Source: Nitrospirota bacterium
Lineage (GTDB): Bacteria; Nitrospirota; UBA9217
Assembly (NCBI GenBank): GCA_963790205.1
Contig: CAWBNQ010000001.1
Coordinates: 864,001-928,000, forward strand
DNA: 64,000 nt
Reading direction: 5' to 3'
The notes under the pieces are model-generated. The model was not told where the DNA came from. It was given only the letters and a program-made list of their open reading frames with translations, and ran no database searches. Position 1 is the first letter of the stretch. Each line of letters starts with the position of its first letter. Of this stretch, positions 11,369 to 20,074 are shown piece by piece. The position numbers and the translations under genes are program-made.

Positions 11369-11821
11369 ATGGAAAGAAGCCGAAGGGAATTCATCAAGAA
11401 GGCGCTCTACGGCATACTTGCGCTCCTCGGGCTTGGCTTTCTGGCTCCGGGTGTAAAAATGTTATCGCCCCTGAAAGAGCGCAAGAAGGAACTCATCTTT
11501 TTCCCGCTGGTTCCGGAGGAGGATATTCCCCGGTCGGGTGTAAAGAAGGGCGAACTCGTGTACACCGCTTCGGGCAGGGAGCGAAAAGCGCGGGTGTTCA
11601 TTGTTTCATCTCACGAAAAACTGACGGTCCTTTCCGCTACTTGTTCGCACCTGGGATGTCTTGTTAACTACAGCAAGGAAAAAGGCCAGTTCATCTGCCC
11701 CTGTCATGGCGGGAGATATGATCTGAGCGGGAAAAACATCGCAGGGCCGCCGCCTGCCCCGCTGGGCCGCATTCCCGCAAAGATCGAGAATGGCATGGTG
11801 CTGGTCGGAATCAAGGTATGA
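11369..11821 (+). CDS. Rieske [2Fe-2S] subunit of a quinol:acceptor oxidoreductase
   Basis: Tat-like SRREFIK anchor; CSHLGC and CPCHGG boxes; GPPPAPL. Confidence 0.95.
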   Translation: MERSRREFIKKALYGILALLGLGFLAPGVKMLSPLKERKKELIFFPLVPEEDIPRSGVKKGELVYTASGRERKARVFIVSSHEKLTVLSATCSHLGCLVNYSKEKGQFICPCHGGRYDLSGKNIAGPPPAPLGRIPAKIENGMVLVGIKV

Positions 11822-12020
11822 GGAACTTGTGGCCAGAAAGGCGCCAAGAGACGGACAAGGGATAAATATAAGTTCTAAATCCGAAACTCGGGACCCTAGA
11901 TGGTTATCGAATGCCGAAACACATAATTTAATACATTCGCATTTTGTAATTGTTTAGGGTTTAGTAATTCGCGCTTAGAATTTCATCGACCCTGTGTCTC
12001 AGTGGCGATAATGATGATTT

Positions 12021-12665
12021 ATGCGAATCTTCGACTATCTCAATACCCGCCTGGGCTTCACGCGCAGGCATCGGGGCGTGATGGACAAGCCTGTGCCCGG
12101 ATGGATCAACTATTTTTACTGCTTCGGCGGCATAACGTTTACGCTGTTTATCATGCTGCTCTTGACGGGTCTGCTCTTGTCCGTCTACTATACTCCTTCG
12201 GAAAGCGAGGCGTACCGGAGCATCCAGCGGCTGCAGGGCGAGGTGTCCCTCGGGATGATTGTCAGGGCTGTGCACCACTGGGCGGGCAACCTCATGGTGG
12301 TCATGATCGTGCTCCATATGCTCCGGGTCTTTGCAACCGGCTCGTATAAAAATCCGCGGGAGCTGCACTGGGTGGCGGGTTCCCTGCTCTTGCTCCTGAC
12401 CCTTTCTTTCGGCTTCACGGGCTATCTTCTGCCCTGGGACCAGAAGGCGTACTGGGCCACGGTTATCGGCGCGAACATGGTCGGCTCGGTGCCCGTGATC
12501 GGCCCGTTCCTCGGCGGACTGGTCAGGGACGGCGCGGATGTGTCCGGACTGACGCTCCTCCGGTTCTACAGCATACACGTACTGTGGCTCCCGCTGCTCA
12601 CCGGTGTGTTCCTCTGGCTTCATTTCCATATGATCCGGAGGACGGGGATCTCGGGAGGAATGTGA
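12021..12665 (+). CDS. Cytochrome b N-terminal subunit (cytochrome b6-like)
   Basis: YCFGGIT, RAVHHW, LHMLRVF, GFTGYLLPWDQKAYWA, FYSIHV...LHF heme ligands. Confidence 0.95.
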   Translation: MRIFDYLNTRLGFTRRHRGVMDKPVPGWINYFYCFGGITFTLFIMLLLTGLLLSVYYTPSESEAYRSIQRLQGEVSLGMIVRAVHHWAGNLMVVMIVLHMLRVFATGSYKNPRELHWVAGSLLLLLTLSFGFTGYLLPWDQKAYWATVIGANMVGSVPVIGPFLGGLVRDGADVSGLTLLRFYSIHVLWLPLLTGVFLWLHFHMIRRTGISGGM

Positions 12666-12683
12666 TGAAGGGACGAATCTCGA

Positions 12684-13073
12684 ATGCGGAATGACAATGA
12701 AAATGAGAAAAAATTCTTTCCCTATTACTTCTTCGAAGTAACAGTTGTGGTGCTGTTCACGGTCGAGATAGTGCTCCTGCTCGCGGTCATGTTCCCGCCA
12801 TCGACCGGCAGGGAGATCGACTTCTCAGCCCAGTACAGCCCGCGGCCGGAGTGGTATTTTCTCTTTTTGTACCAGCTCACGAAGTATTTTCCCGGCAGGT
12901 GGACATTCGTCGGGGCGGTGCTGCTGCCGGGGCTCGCGTTCAGCATGCTCCTCCTGGCGCCGTTTTTGGACAGCGGCAAATCGACGTCGCTTCGGCAGCG
13001 TAAGGCCGCCGCGGCCGCCGGCTTCGGTCTCTTTGCGGCTGTCGTGGCGTTGACCATTGCCTCCCTGCTATGA
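12684..13073 (+). CDS. Cytochrome b C-terminal subunit (subunit IV-like)
   Basis: PRPEWYFLF (PEWY Qo motif), three hydrophobic helices, LAPFLD. Confidence 0.9.
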   Translation: MRNDNENEKKFFPYYFFEVTVVVLFTVEIVLLLAVMFPPSTGREIDFSAQYSPRPEWYFLFLYQLTKYFPGRWTFVGAVLLPGLAFSMLLLAPFLDSGKSTSLRQRKAAAAAGFGLFAAVVALTIASLL

Positions 13074-13451
13074 GCAACAACGAGTACTGCTCAGGTCGGA
13101 CGATCATCTCTGCGCCAGCGGCAAGCCGGCGAGAGGGAGTACGGTGTGTGGGGCAAGAACAAGGATTGAGCTGACGAAGCCCCAGCGCATAGCCTCCCGG
13201 CTTAAATTCCTCTCACCTGAAATGCCCCGTCTTTTTTACTTGTCATTGCGGATGAATGTATAGTACGCTCTTCCTGCGAGAGCCCGGGCATCCGGTCTGT
13301 ACTGTAAAGGCTTCAAACCCCTCATGAGAAGGGATCTCACCGTGGGTTCGTCGTCATGGCCTGGGCAGGGCAGGACGCGAAAGACATTCTTTAGCCGTTC
13401 CAGCGGCGCAGGCCTTGCCAGTGCCCGGACCCCTGATTTGCGGAGAACCAT

Positions 13452-15074
13452 GTGTCTGAAAAAGAAATAGTAAACAGCCTAGGAAGCAGCGATGAACGAT
13501 TTCGAGCACTGTACGAAAATTCACCCCTCGGCATTGAATTATACGATGCCGAGGGGATCCTTGTCGATGTGAACCGTGCCTGTCTGGACATCTTCGGTAT
13601 TGATGACGCTTCGGTGGTGAGAGGGTTCAGGCTGTTTGATGATCCGAACCTCAGCGAACAGCACAAAAGGGATCTGCGCGAGGGCAGGCCGGTTCAACAG
13701 GAGATCATCTTTGATTTTGATAAGGTAAGGGAACACCACCTCTATCCGACGTCAAAACAAGGGACACTTTATCTTGACCTGTACATATCGCCTCTCGTAT
13801 CGTCCGGCAGGAAGGCGAATTCCGGCTACCTGGTTCATGTCCGCGACATCACTCAACGCAAAAATGTTGAATTAATGCTGCTGGAGCAGAAAAAGTTTGC
13901 CGAGAGCGCGATCGACAGTTCCGCGGTGGCCACCTTTGTTCTTGACCGCGACCATAAGGTAATTCTCTGGAACGGGGCATGCGAGGAACTCACCGGGGTC
14001 CGCGCCGGGGAGATGCTGGGCACCGGCGACCACTGGAGACCGTTTTACGATCACCGACGGCCGACACTCGCGGACATCATCATCGATAAAAAACACGGGC
14101 CGGTCCATACCTTATACGGGAAGAGCAGCCGGTCGACCCTCGTTCCGGACGGCATCCACGCGGAAGGCTGGTATCCGAACCTGAACGGAAAAGACCGCTA
14201 CATTGTTTTTGACGCCGCGCCCATCTACGACACCAAGCATCAGCTCATCGTCGCCATCGAGACCCTGCAGGACATGACTGATTACAAGCGGGCCGAGGAG
14301 GAATTGGAAAGGAAGACGCAGGAACTCACGCGGTCGAACTCGGAACTTAAGCGCTTTGCCCATGTTGCGTCGCACGATCTGAAGGAGCCGCTGCTGTCCA
14401 TCGGAGGGTTTGCCGAAGTATTAGACAAAAAATACGGGGACCGGCTCGATGATAAAGGCCGGATGTTTCTCTCACGCATTATCGAGGGAACGGCCCGCAT
14501 GGAAGACTTGATTAACGATCTTCTGGCGTATGCCCAGGTGACCACGCGGTCCAGGCCCTTTGGGCGCGTACCGTGCAATGCCGTGGTCGGCGCGGTCCTT
14601 GCCAACCTCAAGTCGGCGATCGACGAAAGCCATGCCGTGGTCAGGGTTGGCGATCTCCCGGTTGTAACGGGTGACGAAACGCAGCTTGTGCAATTGTTCC
14701 AGAACCTGATCGGCAATGCAATCAAATACCGGCGCGACGCCCCTCCGGCCATCCGGGTCTCGGCCAAACCGGTTTCAGGGCCATCAGGCCCGGGGTCTCA
14801 AGCTGTTGATGAACAAGCGCCTGGCCGCGATCTCCCTGCCGACGCCGGAAGGGGATGGACTTTTTCCGTCTCGGACAACGGTATCGGCATCGCCCCGCTT
14901 TATTTCGAGCAGATATTCAAAGTTTTTCAGCGCGTCCCTTCGAATGAAAAAAGATACCCGGGAACGGGCATCGGCCTCGCCATCTGCGATAAAATCGTGG
15001 CGCGACACGGCGGCCGCATCTGGGTCGAGTCCGAGCTTGGCAAGGGCTCCACTTTTTATTTCACGATCCGGTGA
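13452..15074 (+). CDS. Cytoplasmic PAS-PAS sensor histidine kinase
   Basis: Two PAS/PAC repeats, FAHVASHDLKEPL H-box, QLFQNLIGNAIKY, DNGIGI, GTGIGLAIC; no TM segments. Confidence 0.93.
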   Translation: MSEKEIVNSLGSSDERFRALYENSPLGIELYDAEGILVDVNRACLDIFGIDDASVVRGFRLFDDPNLSEQHKRDLREGRPVQQEIIFDFDKVREHHLYPTSKQGTLYLDLYISPLVSSGRKANSGYLVHVRDITQRKNVELMLLEQKKFAESAIDSSAVATFVLDRDHKVILWNGACEELTGVRAGEMLGTGDHWRPFYDHRRPTLADIIIDKKHGPVHTLYGKSSRSTLVPDGIHAEGWYPNLNGKDRYIVFDAAPIYDTKHQLIVAIETLQDMTDYKRAEEELERKTQELTRSNSELKRFAHVASHDLKEPLLSIGGFAEVLDKKYGDRLDDKGRMFLSRIIEGTARMEDLINDLLAYAQVTTRSRPFGRVPCNAVVGAVLANLKSAIDESHAVVRVGDLPVVTGDETQLVQLFQNLIGNAIKYRRDAPPAIRVSAKPVSGPSGPGSQAVDEQAPGRDLPADAGRGWTFSVSDNGIGIAPLYFEQIFKVFQRVPSNEKRYPGTGIGLAICDKIVARHGGRIWVESELGKGSTFYFTIR

Positions 15075-15229
15075 CCGTGAACGGCGCGAAAGGCCATGGC
15101 CGGGCATCGGCATCAAGAACGTTGTGAAAAAACTGGCCGTGGTCATCAGAGGGACAACTGAGCGGCCTTGCGAAGAAGCCCGGCGGCGACCACGGGGCCT
15201 GCGCGAAAGACCCTGTTCCCAGGAGAAAA

Positions 15230-16048
15230 ATGCCTGCGAAGAAAATCTACATTATTTCCGACGCCACCGGCCAGAGCGGCCTGCATATCCTGAGGGCGGC
15301 CATCGTGCAGTTCGAGCATGCCCGAACAAAAATGATGCTTTTTCACGACATCGATTCAAGGGCCGCTTTAAAGAAAATCCTCGACCAGGCCAGGGCGGAC
15401 AAGGCTCTCATCGCTTTTACCTTTGTCAGGAAGGTAATGAGGGACTACGCCAGTGAATACTGCCTAAAGCACAACATCTATCATCTCGACATCCTGGGTC
15501 CGCTCATAAGCAATCTCTCTTCCTACCTGGGTTTGGAACCGCTCGAAACACCGACCCTGCTCAGAAAGGTTGACGAACGGTATTTCAAGCGCATCGACGC
15601 GATCGAGTTCACGCTCGGGCACGACGACGGCAGGGGCGCCGAGCGCCTGGGAGACGCTGACATCGTTCTCGTCGGCCTCTCGCGGACCTCCAAGACGCCG
15701 ACTTCGTTTTTTCTGGCCCAGGAGGGCTACAAGGTCGCGAACGTTCCCATCGTTCCGGGGATCCCCTTGCCTGAAGAGCTCTTTGAAATCGACCAGCACA
15801 AGATCGTCTGCCTCAACGTAGATCCCGAGGTCCTCCAAAAAGTGAGAAAGGTGCGCCAAAAACATTCCGGTTTGCAGCCGAGTTACAGCGACCTCAAAAA
15901 AATATTTGCCGAGGTCGAGTATGTCCGGGACCTTATCAGAAGGCACCGGAACTGGAAAGTCGTCGATACTACGAACAAATCCATCGAGGAGACCGCGTGG
16001 GAGGTCATTCACTACGTTTTTGGAGAAAAACACGAGGAGTATACTTAA
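15230..16048 (+). CDS. ppsR: PEP synthase/pyruvate phosphate dikinase regulatory kinase-pyrophosphorylase
   Basis: IISDATGQS, YFKRIDAIEFTLGHDDG, GLSRTSKTP, TTNKSIEETA. Confidence 0.92.
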   Translation: MPAKKIYIISDATGQSGLHILRAAIVQFEHARTKMMLFHDIDSRAALKKILDQARADKALIAFTFVRKVMRDYASEYCLKHNIYHLDILGPLISNLSSYLGLEPLETPTLLRKVDERYFKRIDAIEFTLGHDDGRGAERLGDADIVLVGLSRTSKTPTSFFLAQEGYKVANVPIVPGIPLPEELFEIDQHKIVCLNVDPEVLQKVRKVRQKHSGLQPSYSDLKKIFAEVEYVRDLIRRHRNWKVVDTTNKSIEETAWEVIHYVFGEKHEEYT

Positions 16049-16238
16049 GGTATGCAGGAATAAGCTTCTTCTTAAAATGGAAAGAGGTTTTTTACCGCTC
16101 ATTTTCACGGATGAACATGAACAACTGCCAATGAAGCCGAAGGCTTTGGTGTTTTACCATTAACAACGCTCTTCGCAGTGACATCCAAAGGGTTTTTCAA
16201 CAGCCTGAGAACAGGTCAGGCGCGTAGAGCGCCGGGAC

Positions 16239-16265
16239 CGGTAAGGGCGAAACCCGCCCTTACCG
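16239..16265. repeat. REP-like palindrome between convergent ppsR and cydB
   Basis: GGTAAGGGCG-aaacc-CGCCCTTACC perfect inverted repeat. Confidence 0.6.
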
Positions 16266-16298
16266 TCGGGAGAATTATATAGCTGTTTGCTTGAAGGA

Positions 16299-17327
16299 TC
16301 AATATGTCTGCTCGTTTTTCATGACCGTATCTGCCGTTACCCGTGAACGGAACACGCGGTAGACCCAAATCTTGTATGCGATCACGATCGGAACAAACAC
16401 AAAGGCCACCACGGTCATGATCTTCAGCGTGTAGATGCTTGAAGACGAGTTGAAGATTGTCAGACTGTAAGCCGTATCCGTGCTGGAGGGGATCAGGTTC
16501 GGGAAGAGCCCGATCATACCGGTGAACACTATCATGACGATTGTTATGCACGATGAAGCAAAGGCCATGAGCATCCTGCCCTTCACGAGGAAGACCTTGA
16601 TGCCGATCAGCGCGGCCACAGCCAGGAGCGGAACGACGAGAAGCGGCATCGTCGTCATATAATTGTTATAAAGCCTGGTCGCGAACGCGGTTGCAATAAG
16701 AAAAACCACGGCAACGAGCAGCAGGGCGGGCCAGAGCTTGTTCGCCGTTGCAGATGATTTGTCGCACAGATCACCTTCGGTCTTGACGCATGCATAGAGG
16801 CTGCCGTGAGTCAGGAACAGAAGGACGAACAGCGCGCCGGTCAGCAGCCCGTAAGGATTCAAGAGCGAAAGGAATGAGCCGTGATAACCCGCGGCGTCCA
16901 TGGGGAGGCCGCTGAAGATGTTCCCGAAGGCCACTCCGAGCAGGAGCGCGGGAAGCGCGCTGCCGATGAAGATACCCAGGTCCCATGTTTTTTTCCACCC
17001 ATCGTTGTTGATTTTTCCTCGAAATTCTATGGACACTCCGCGAATGATCAGCGAAAAAAGAAGGAGCAGCAGGGCCGAGTAAAGATAGCTGAACATCAGC
17101 GCATACGTCTTGGGGAATGCAGCAAAGGTTGCGCCGCCCGCGGTCACGAGCCATACCTCATTGCCGTCCCAGACCGGTCCGACCGTGTTGATCATGATTT
17201 TTTTATCCTGATCATTCCGTGCCAGATAATGGTGCAGCATGCCGGTGCCGAGCACGAATCCGTCCAGCATGAAATAGACCGCCCATAAAACGCCCCAGAG
17301 AATGAACCATATGATCTGAAATTCCAT
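16299..17327 (-). CDS. cydB: Cytochrome bd oxidase subunit II
   Basis: LDGFVLGTG, GPVWDGNEVWL, FAAFP, RGVSIEFR, LLNPYGLL. Confidence 0.96.
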   Translation of the reverse strand: MEFQIIWFILWGVLWAVYFMLDGFVLGTGMLHHYLARNDQDKKIMINTVGPVWDGNEVWLVTAGGATFAAFPKTYALMFSYLYSALLLLLFSLIIRGVSIEFRGKINNDGWKKTWDLGIFIGSALPALLLGVAFGNIFSGLPMDAAGYHGSFLSLLNPYGLLTGALFVLLFLTHGSLYACVKTEGDLCDKSSATANKLWPALLLVAVVFLIATAFATRLYNNYMTTMPLLVVPLLAVAALIGIKVFLVKGRMLMAFASSCITIVMIVFTGMIGLFPNLIPSSTDTAYSLTIFNSSSSIYTLKIMTVVAFVFVPIVIAYKIWVYRVFRSRVTADTVMKNEQTY

Positions 17328-17337
17328 GATATGCCTC

Positions 17338-18678
17338 CTATTTCGTCGGTTTTAAGAGAGCCGAAAGGTCGTCATCGGGACCTTTTTTGGCGAACTTAGA
17401 CAGCAGGTAAATATCGATCACGCCGAGCGCTCCGTAGAGGACGGTAAAGCCCAGAAGCGAAGCGTATACCTGAATAGTGCTGATGGACAGAGATACGGCG
17501 GCAGACGTTTTGAGCACGCCGTAGACGATCCATGGCTGTCTCCCCACCTCGGCCACTACCCATCCGAGCTGACCGGCAAGATAGGGCAGGGGAATGGAAA
17601 AAAGCATGAGCGTGAGGAAAAGACGATGCGCTTCCAGCGTGCGACGTTTTGAATAGATGACCGCCAGGAACGAGAGGAGCATCATTGCAAAACCGAGAAG
17701 GACCATCAGGCGAAAGCTCCAGAACGTCGGGAGTACCGGCGGACGCTCTTCTTTAGGAAAGGCCTTCAAGCCTTTTATTTCCGCCTCGGGAGTATGGAAG
17801 GCCAGGTAGCTCAGTAAACCCGGTACGCAGGGCCCTTCCAGCGTGTTGCATTCCTTTTTTGTATCGGGAATAATAAAAAGATTATACCCGACATTTTTTT
17901 GCGTTTCCCAGAGCGATTCCATGGCTGCAAACTTGGTGGGTTGCGTCCTGGCCACTTCCGCTGCGTGGAAATCTCCGATCGCCGCTACGAGGATCGTAGA
18001 TGTTAGCCCGAAGACCGCGGCGATTTTAAATGAGCGGTTGAAAAATTCGAGCTGGTTCTTCTTCAACAAGTGGTAGGCCGACACGCCCATGACAAAGAAG
18101 GCCGCGACCACATATCCTGATGAGAGGGTATGGCCGAACTTGAGCCAGCCGTAGGGGTTCGTTAGGAGCGCCCCGAAATCCGTCATCTCCGCGCGTCCGT
18201 TGCGGAGCACGTACCCCACCGGCTTCTGCATCCAGCCGTTCGCCAGGAGGATCCAGAGGGCGGACAGGTTGGTCGCCAGAGCAACGAGCCAGATAGACAG
18301 GGCGTGCGTCTTTTTCGATATCTTGTTCCAGCCGAAGATCCAGACACCGATAAAGACGGACTCGAGAAAGAACGCCATGGTTGCTTCAATCGCAAGGGGC
18401 GCGCCGAAAATATCCCCCACATATTTTGAATACTCGGCCCAGTTCATGCCGAACTGGAACTCCATGGTGATGCCGGTCACGACACCGAGAGCGAAATTGA
18501 CGAGGAAGAGTTTGCCCCAGAATTTCGTCATTCTGAGGTACAGCTCGTCTCCGCTTCTCACGTACCGTGTCTCCATATATGCCGTCAAAACGGAGAGCCC
18601 CAGGGTGAGCGGCACAAAGATCCAGTGAAACATGCTCGTGAGGGCAAATTGCAACCTGCTCAATGCGACAGTGTCCAT
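17338..18678 (-). CDS. cydA: Cytochrome bd oxidase subunit I (short Q-loop)
   Basis: LSRLQFA..MFHWIF, GVVTGITMEFQFGMNW, QPTKFAAME, FRLMV, GWVVAEVGRQPW. Confidence 0.97.
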   Translation of the reverse strand: MDTVALSRLQFALTSMFHWIFVPLTLGLSVLTAYMETRYVRSGDELYLRMTKFWGKLFLVNFALGVVTGITMEFQFGMNWAEYSKYVGDIFGAPLAIEATMAFFLESVFIGVWIFGWNKISKKTHALSIWLVALATNLSALWILLANGWMQKPVGYVLRNGRAEMTDFGALLTNPYGWLKFGHTLSSGYVVAAFFVMGVSAYHLLKKNQLEFFNRSFKIAAVFGLTSTILVAAIGDFHAAEVARTQPTKFAAMESLWETQKNVGYNLFIIPDTKKECNTLEGPCVPGLLSYLAFHTPEAEIKGLKAFPKEERPPVLPTFWSFRLMVLLGFAMMLLSFLAVIYSKRRTLEAHRLFLTLMLFSIPLPYLAGQLGWVVAEVGRQPWIVYGVLKTSAAVSLSISTIQVYASLLGFTVLYGALGVIDIYLLSKFAKKGPDDDLSALLKPTK

Positions 18679-18810
18679 AATTCAATCTCCTTTCACGATA
18701 GTAAAAAAGAGCGTATAAAAGTACGTAACGGACTAATTTCCTCAAATTATACCGCAAAAAAACGCTGGTCATAAAAGCTTCGCAATGGCACGCTTTTTCA
18801 GGGAGGGGGG

Positions 18811-19223
18811 CTTTTCGGGATTCACGATGAATGCGCCTCTCAGCGCATTTCCTGAAGGCTCGTCATGGACTCCGAAAAGACATGAGCGTTGCCGTGCGAT
18901 TGGATTCCCATGGGATTTTCGGCTTTCTCAAGCATCTTCTCGTGTCGGTGCCGGGTGAGATGGACGAATTTGGTATCGGTGCTGACCGTAATGACGTCGG
19001 CCCCGGGTTCTTAAATTCCTCGTGCTGTTCTGCCAGAGCAGCGAACTCGGTTGCATGGACAAAGGTAACGTCAACAGGATACAAAAAAGATGATCCATTT
19101 TTTCGCAATTTTCTGTGCGGCAGGGCCGATTCCGCCGAAACCACCTTGTGTTGGTTCAAAAGTGTCGAGCTTGAAATCCGGAACACTCTGACCAACTTGC
19201 ATGGCGCAGCAATCACTTGACAT
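18811..19223 (-). pseudogene. Decayed AhpC-type peroxiredoxin
   Basis: Segments in different frames read MSSDCCAMQVGQSVPDFKLDTFEP..KKWIIFF / YPVDVTFVHATEFAALAEQHEEFK / GADVITVSTDTKFVHL / FGVHDEPSGNALRGAFIVNPE; at least 3 frameshifts, C-terminus missing. Confidence 0.85.
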
Positions 19224-19231
19224 ATTAAAAC

Positions 19232-19309
19232 GTCGAGCGGCACGACGGACGCATCTGGGTCGAGTCCGACCCGGGCAAGGGATTTACCTTTTATTTTACG
19301 GTCCGGTAA
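19232..19309 (+). pseudogene. Orphan histidine-kinase C-terminal fragment
   Basis: Reads VERHDGRIWVESDPGKGFTFYFTVR*, near-identical to the last 25 residues of the kinase ending at 15074. Confidence 0.8.
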
Positions 19310-19515
19310 TAGCGGACAGCGAAGAAGACGCCGAACCTCATGTCTCGGGAGCAGATCACATCCTTGATACTAAAAGCATCGTTCAGGACCGGTGTCCAGC
19401 GGCCGATTTTTTGAATGCCGCTGCCTCACCATAATGGCGCTGCTATAAGTTGCTTGTGCTTGCCTATTACAACCGTAAATACGCCGGTTTCTTAGTTGCT
19501 AATATATGAAACGAT

Positions 19516-19555
19516 AAAACGTGTGTTGACATGGTTCACCGTTTTTGCTAAGGTA
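19516..19555 (+). promoter_or_regulatory. Promoter of tusA1-yedE
   Basis: AAAACGtGTgTTGACA-N17-TAAGGT with an extended -10 TG; same signature at 27159-27198. Confidence 0.7.
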
Positions 19556-19741
19556 CTTTACCTGTCGGCACGACCATGTTTTTTCATTCTCGGCATTACG
19601 AACTTACCGGGGGGTGATGTCCTGACACAGTGATTGTACTGCGCTTCGATGTTCCTGTCTAATTCCGCCGAGCACGAAGCGGGCTGTTTACAGCGGCCTG
19701 CTCGAATCGTATCACCACTTTTACCGAAGGAGGAAACCAGT

Positions 19742-19990
19742 ATGTCAGTCAAAACTGCGACACCAGATCAGATGTTGGACACGCTTGGAAGGGTCTGTCC
19801 CTATCCGCTGCTTCTAACAAAGAAGGCGCTCGAGAAACTGGGGAGCGGCCAGACGCTGAAGGTCCTCTGCGACGCCCCGGCATCGGCCGAGGACAGCATC
19901 CCGCGCTACTGCGAGAAGAACTGCTTCGCGTTCGAGGCCGTGAAGCTCGAAGACAAGGGCATGTGGGAGCTCTACGTCAAGAAACCGTAA
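19742..19990 (+). CDS. tusA: TusA/YedF-family sulfur carrier, copy 1
   Basis: LDTLGRVCPYP motif; RBS AAGGAGG upstream of ATG 19742. Confidence 0.92.
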   Translation: MSVKTATPDQMLDTLGRVCPYPLLLTKKALEKLGSGQTLKVLCDAPASAEDSIPRYCEKNCFAFEAVKLEDKGMWELYVKKP

Positions 19991-20074
19991 CGGATCATCG
20001 GGCGGGAAACGGTTGGACCCGCCGGTATCCGGTGCAAAAAATACGAAAGGTAAAACCATAAGGAGGGGGAGAGA

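Noticed and set aside
13104..13190. 28-codon minus-strand ORF (MRWGFVSSILVLAPH...) behind GGAGG as the missing cytochrome c subunit or a small protein
   Set aside because: Wrong strand for the Rieske operon, no CxxCH, and too short to support
18787..18801. TGGCACGCTTTTTCA as a sigma-54 promoter
   Set aside because: Lacks the -12 GC dinucleotide and points toward no intact gene
18831..19243. Track ORFs 18831-19220 (+) and 18863-19243 (-) as real genes
   Set aside because: They are the antisense shadow and one frame segment of the peroxiredoxin pseudogene
19634..19741. N-terminal extension of tusA1 given in the ORF track
   Set aside because: The strong RBS and the paralog alignment put the start at 19742
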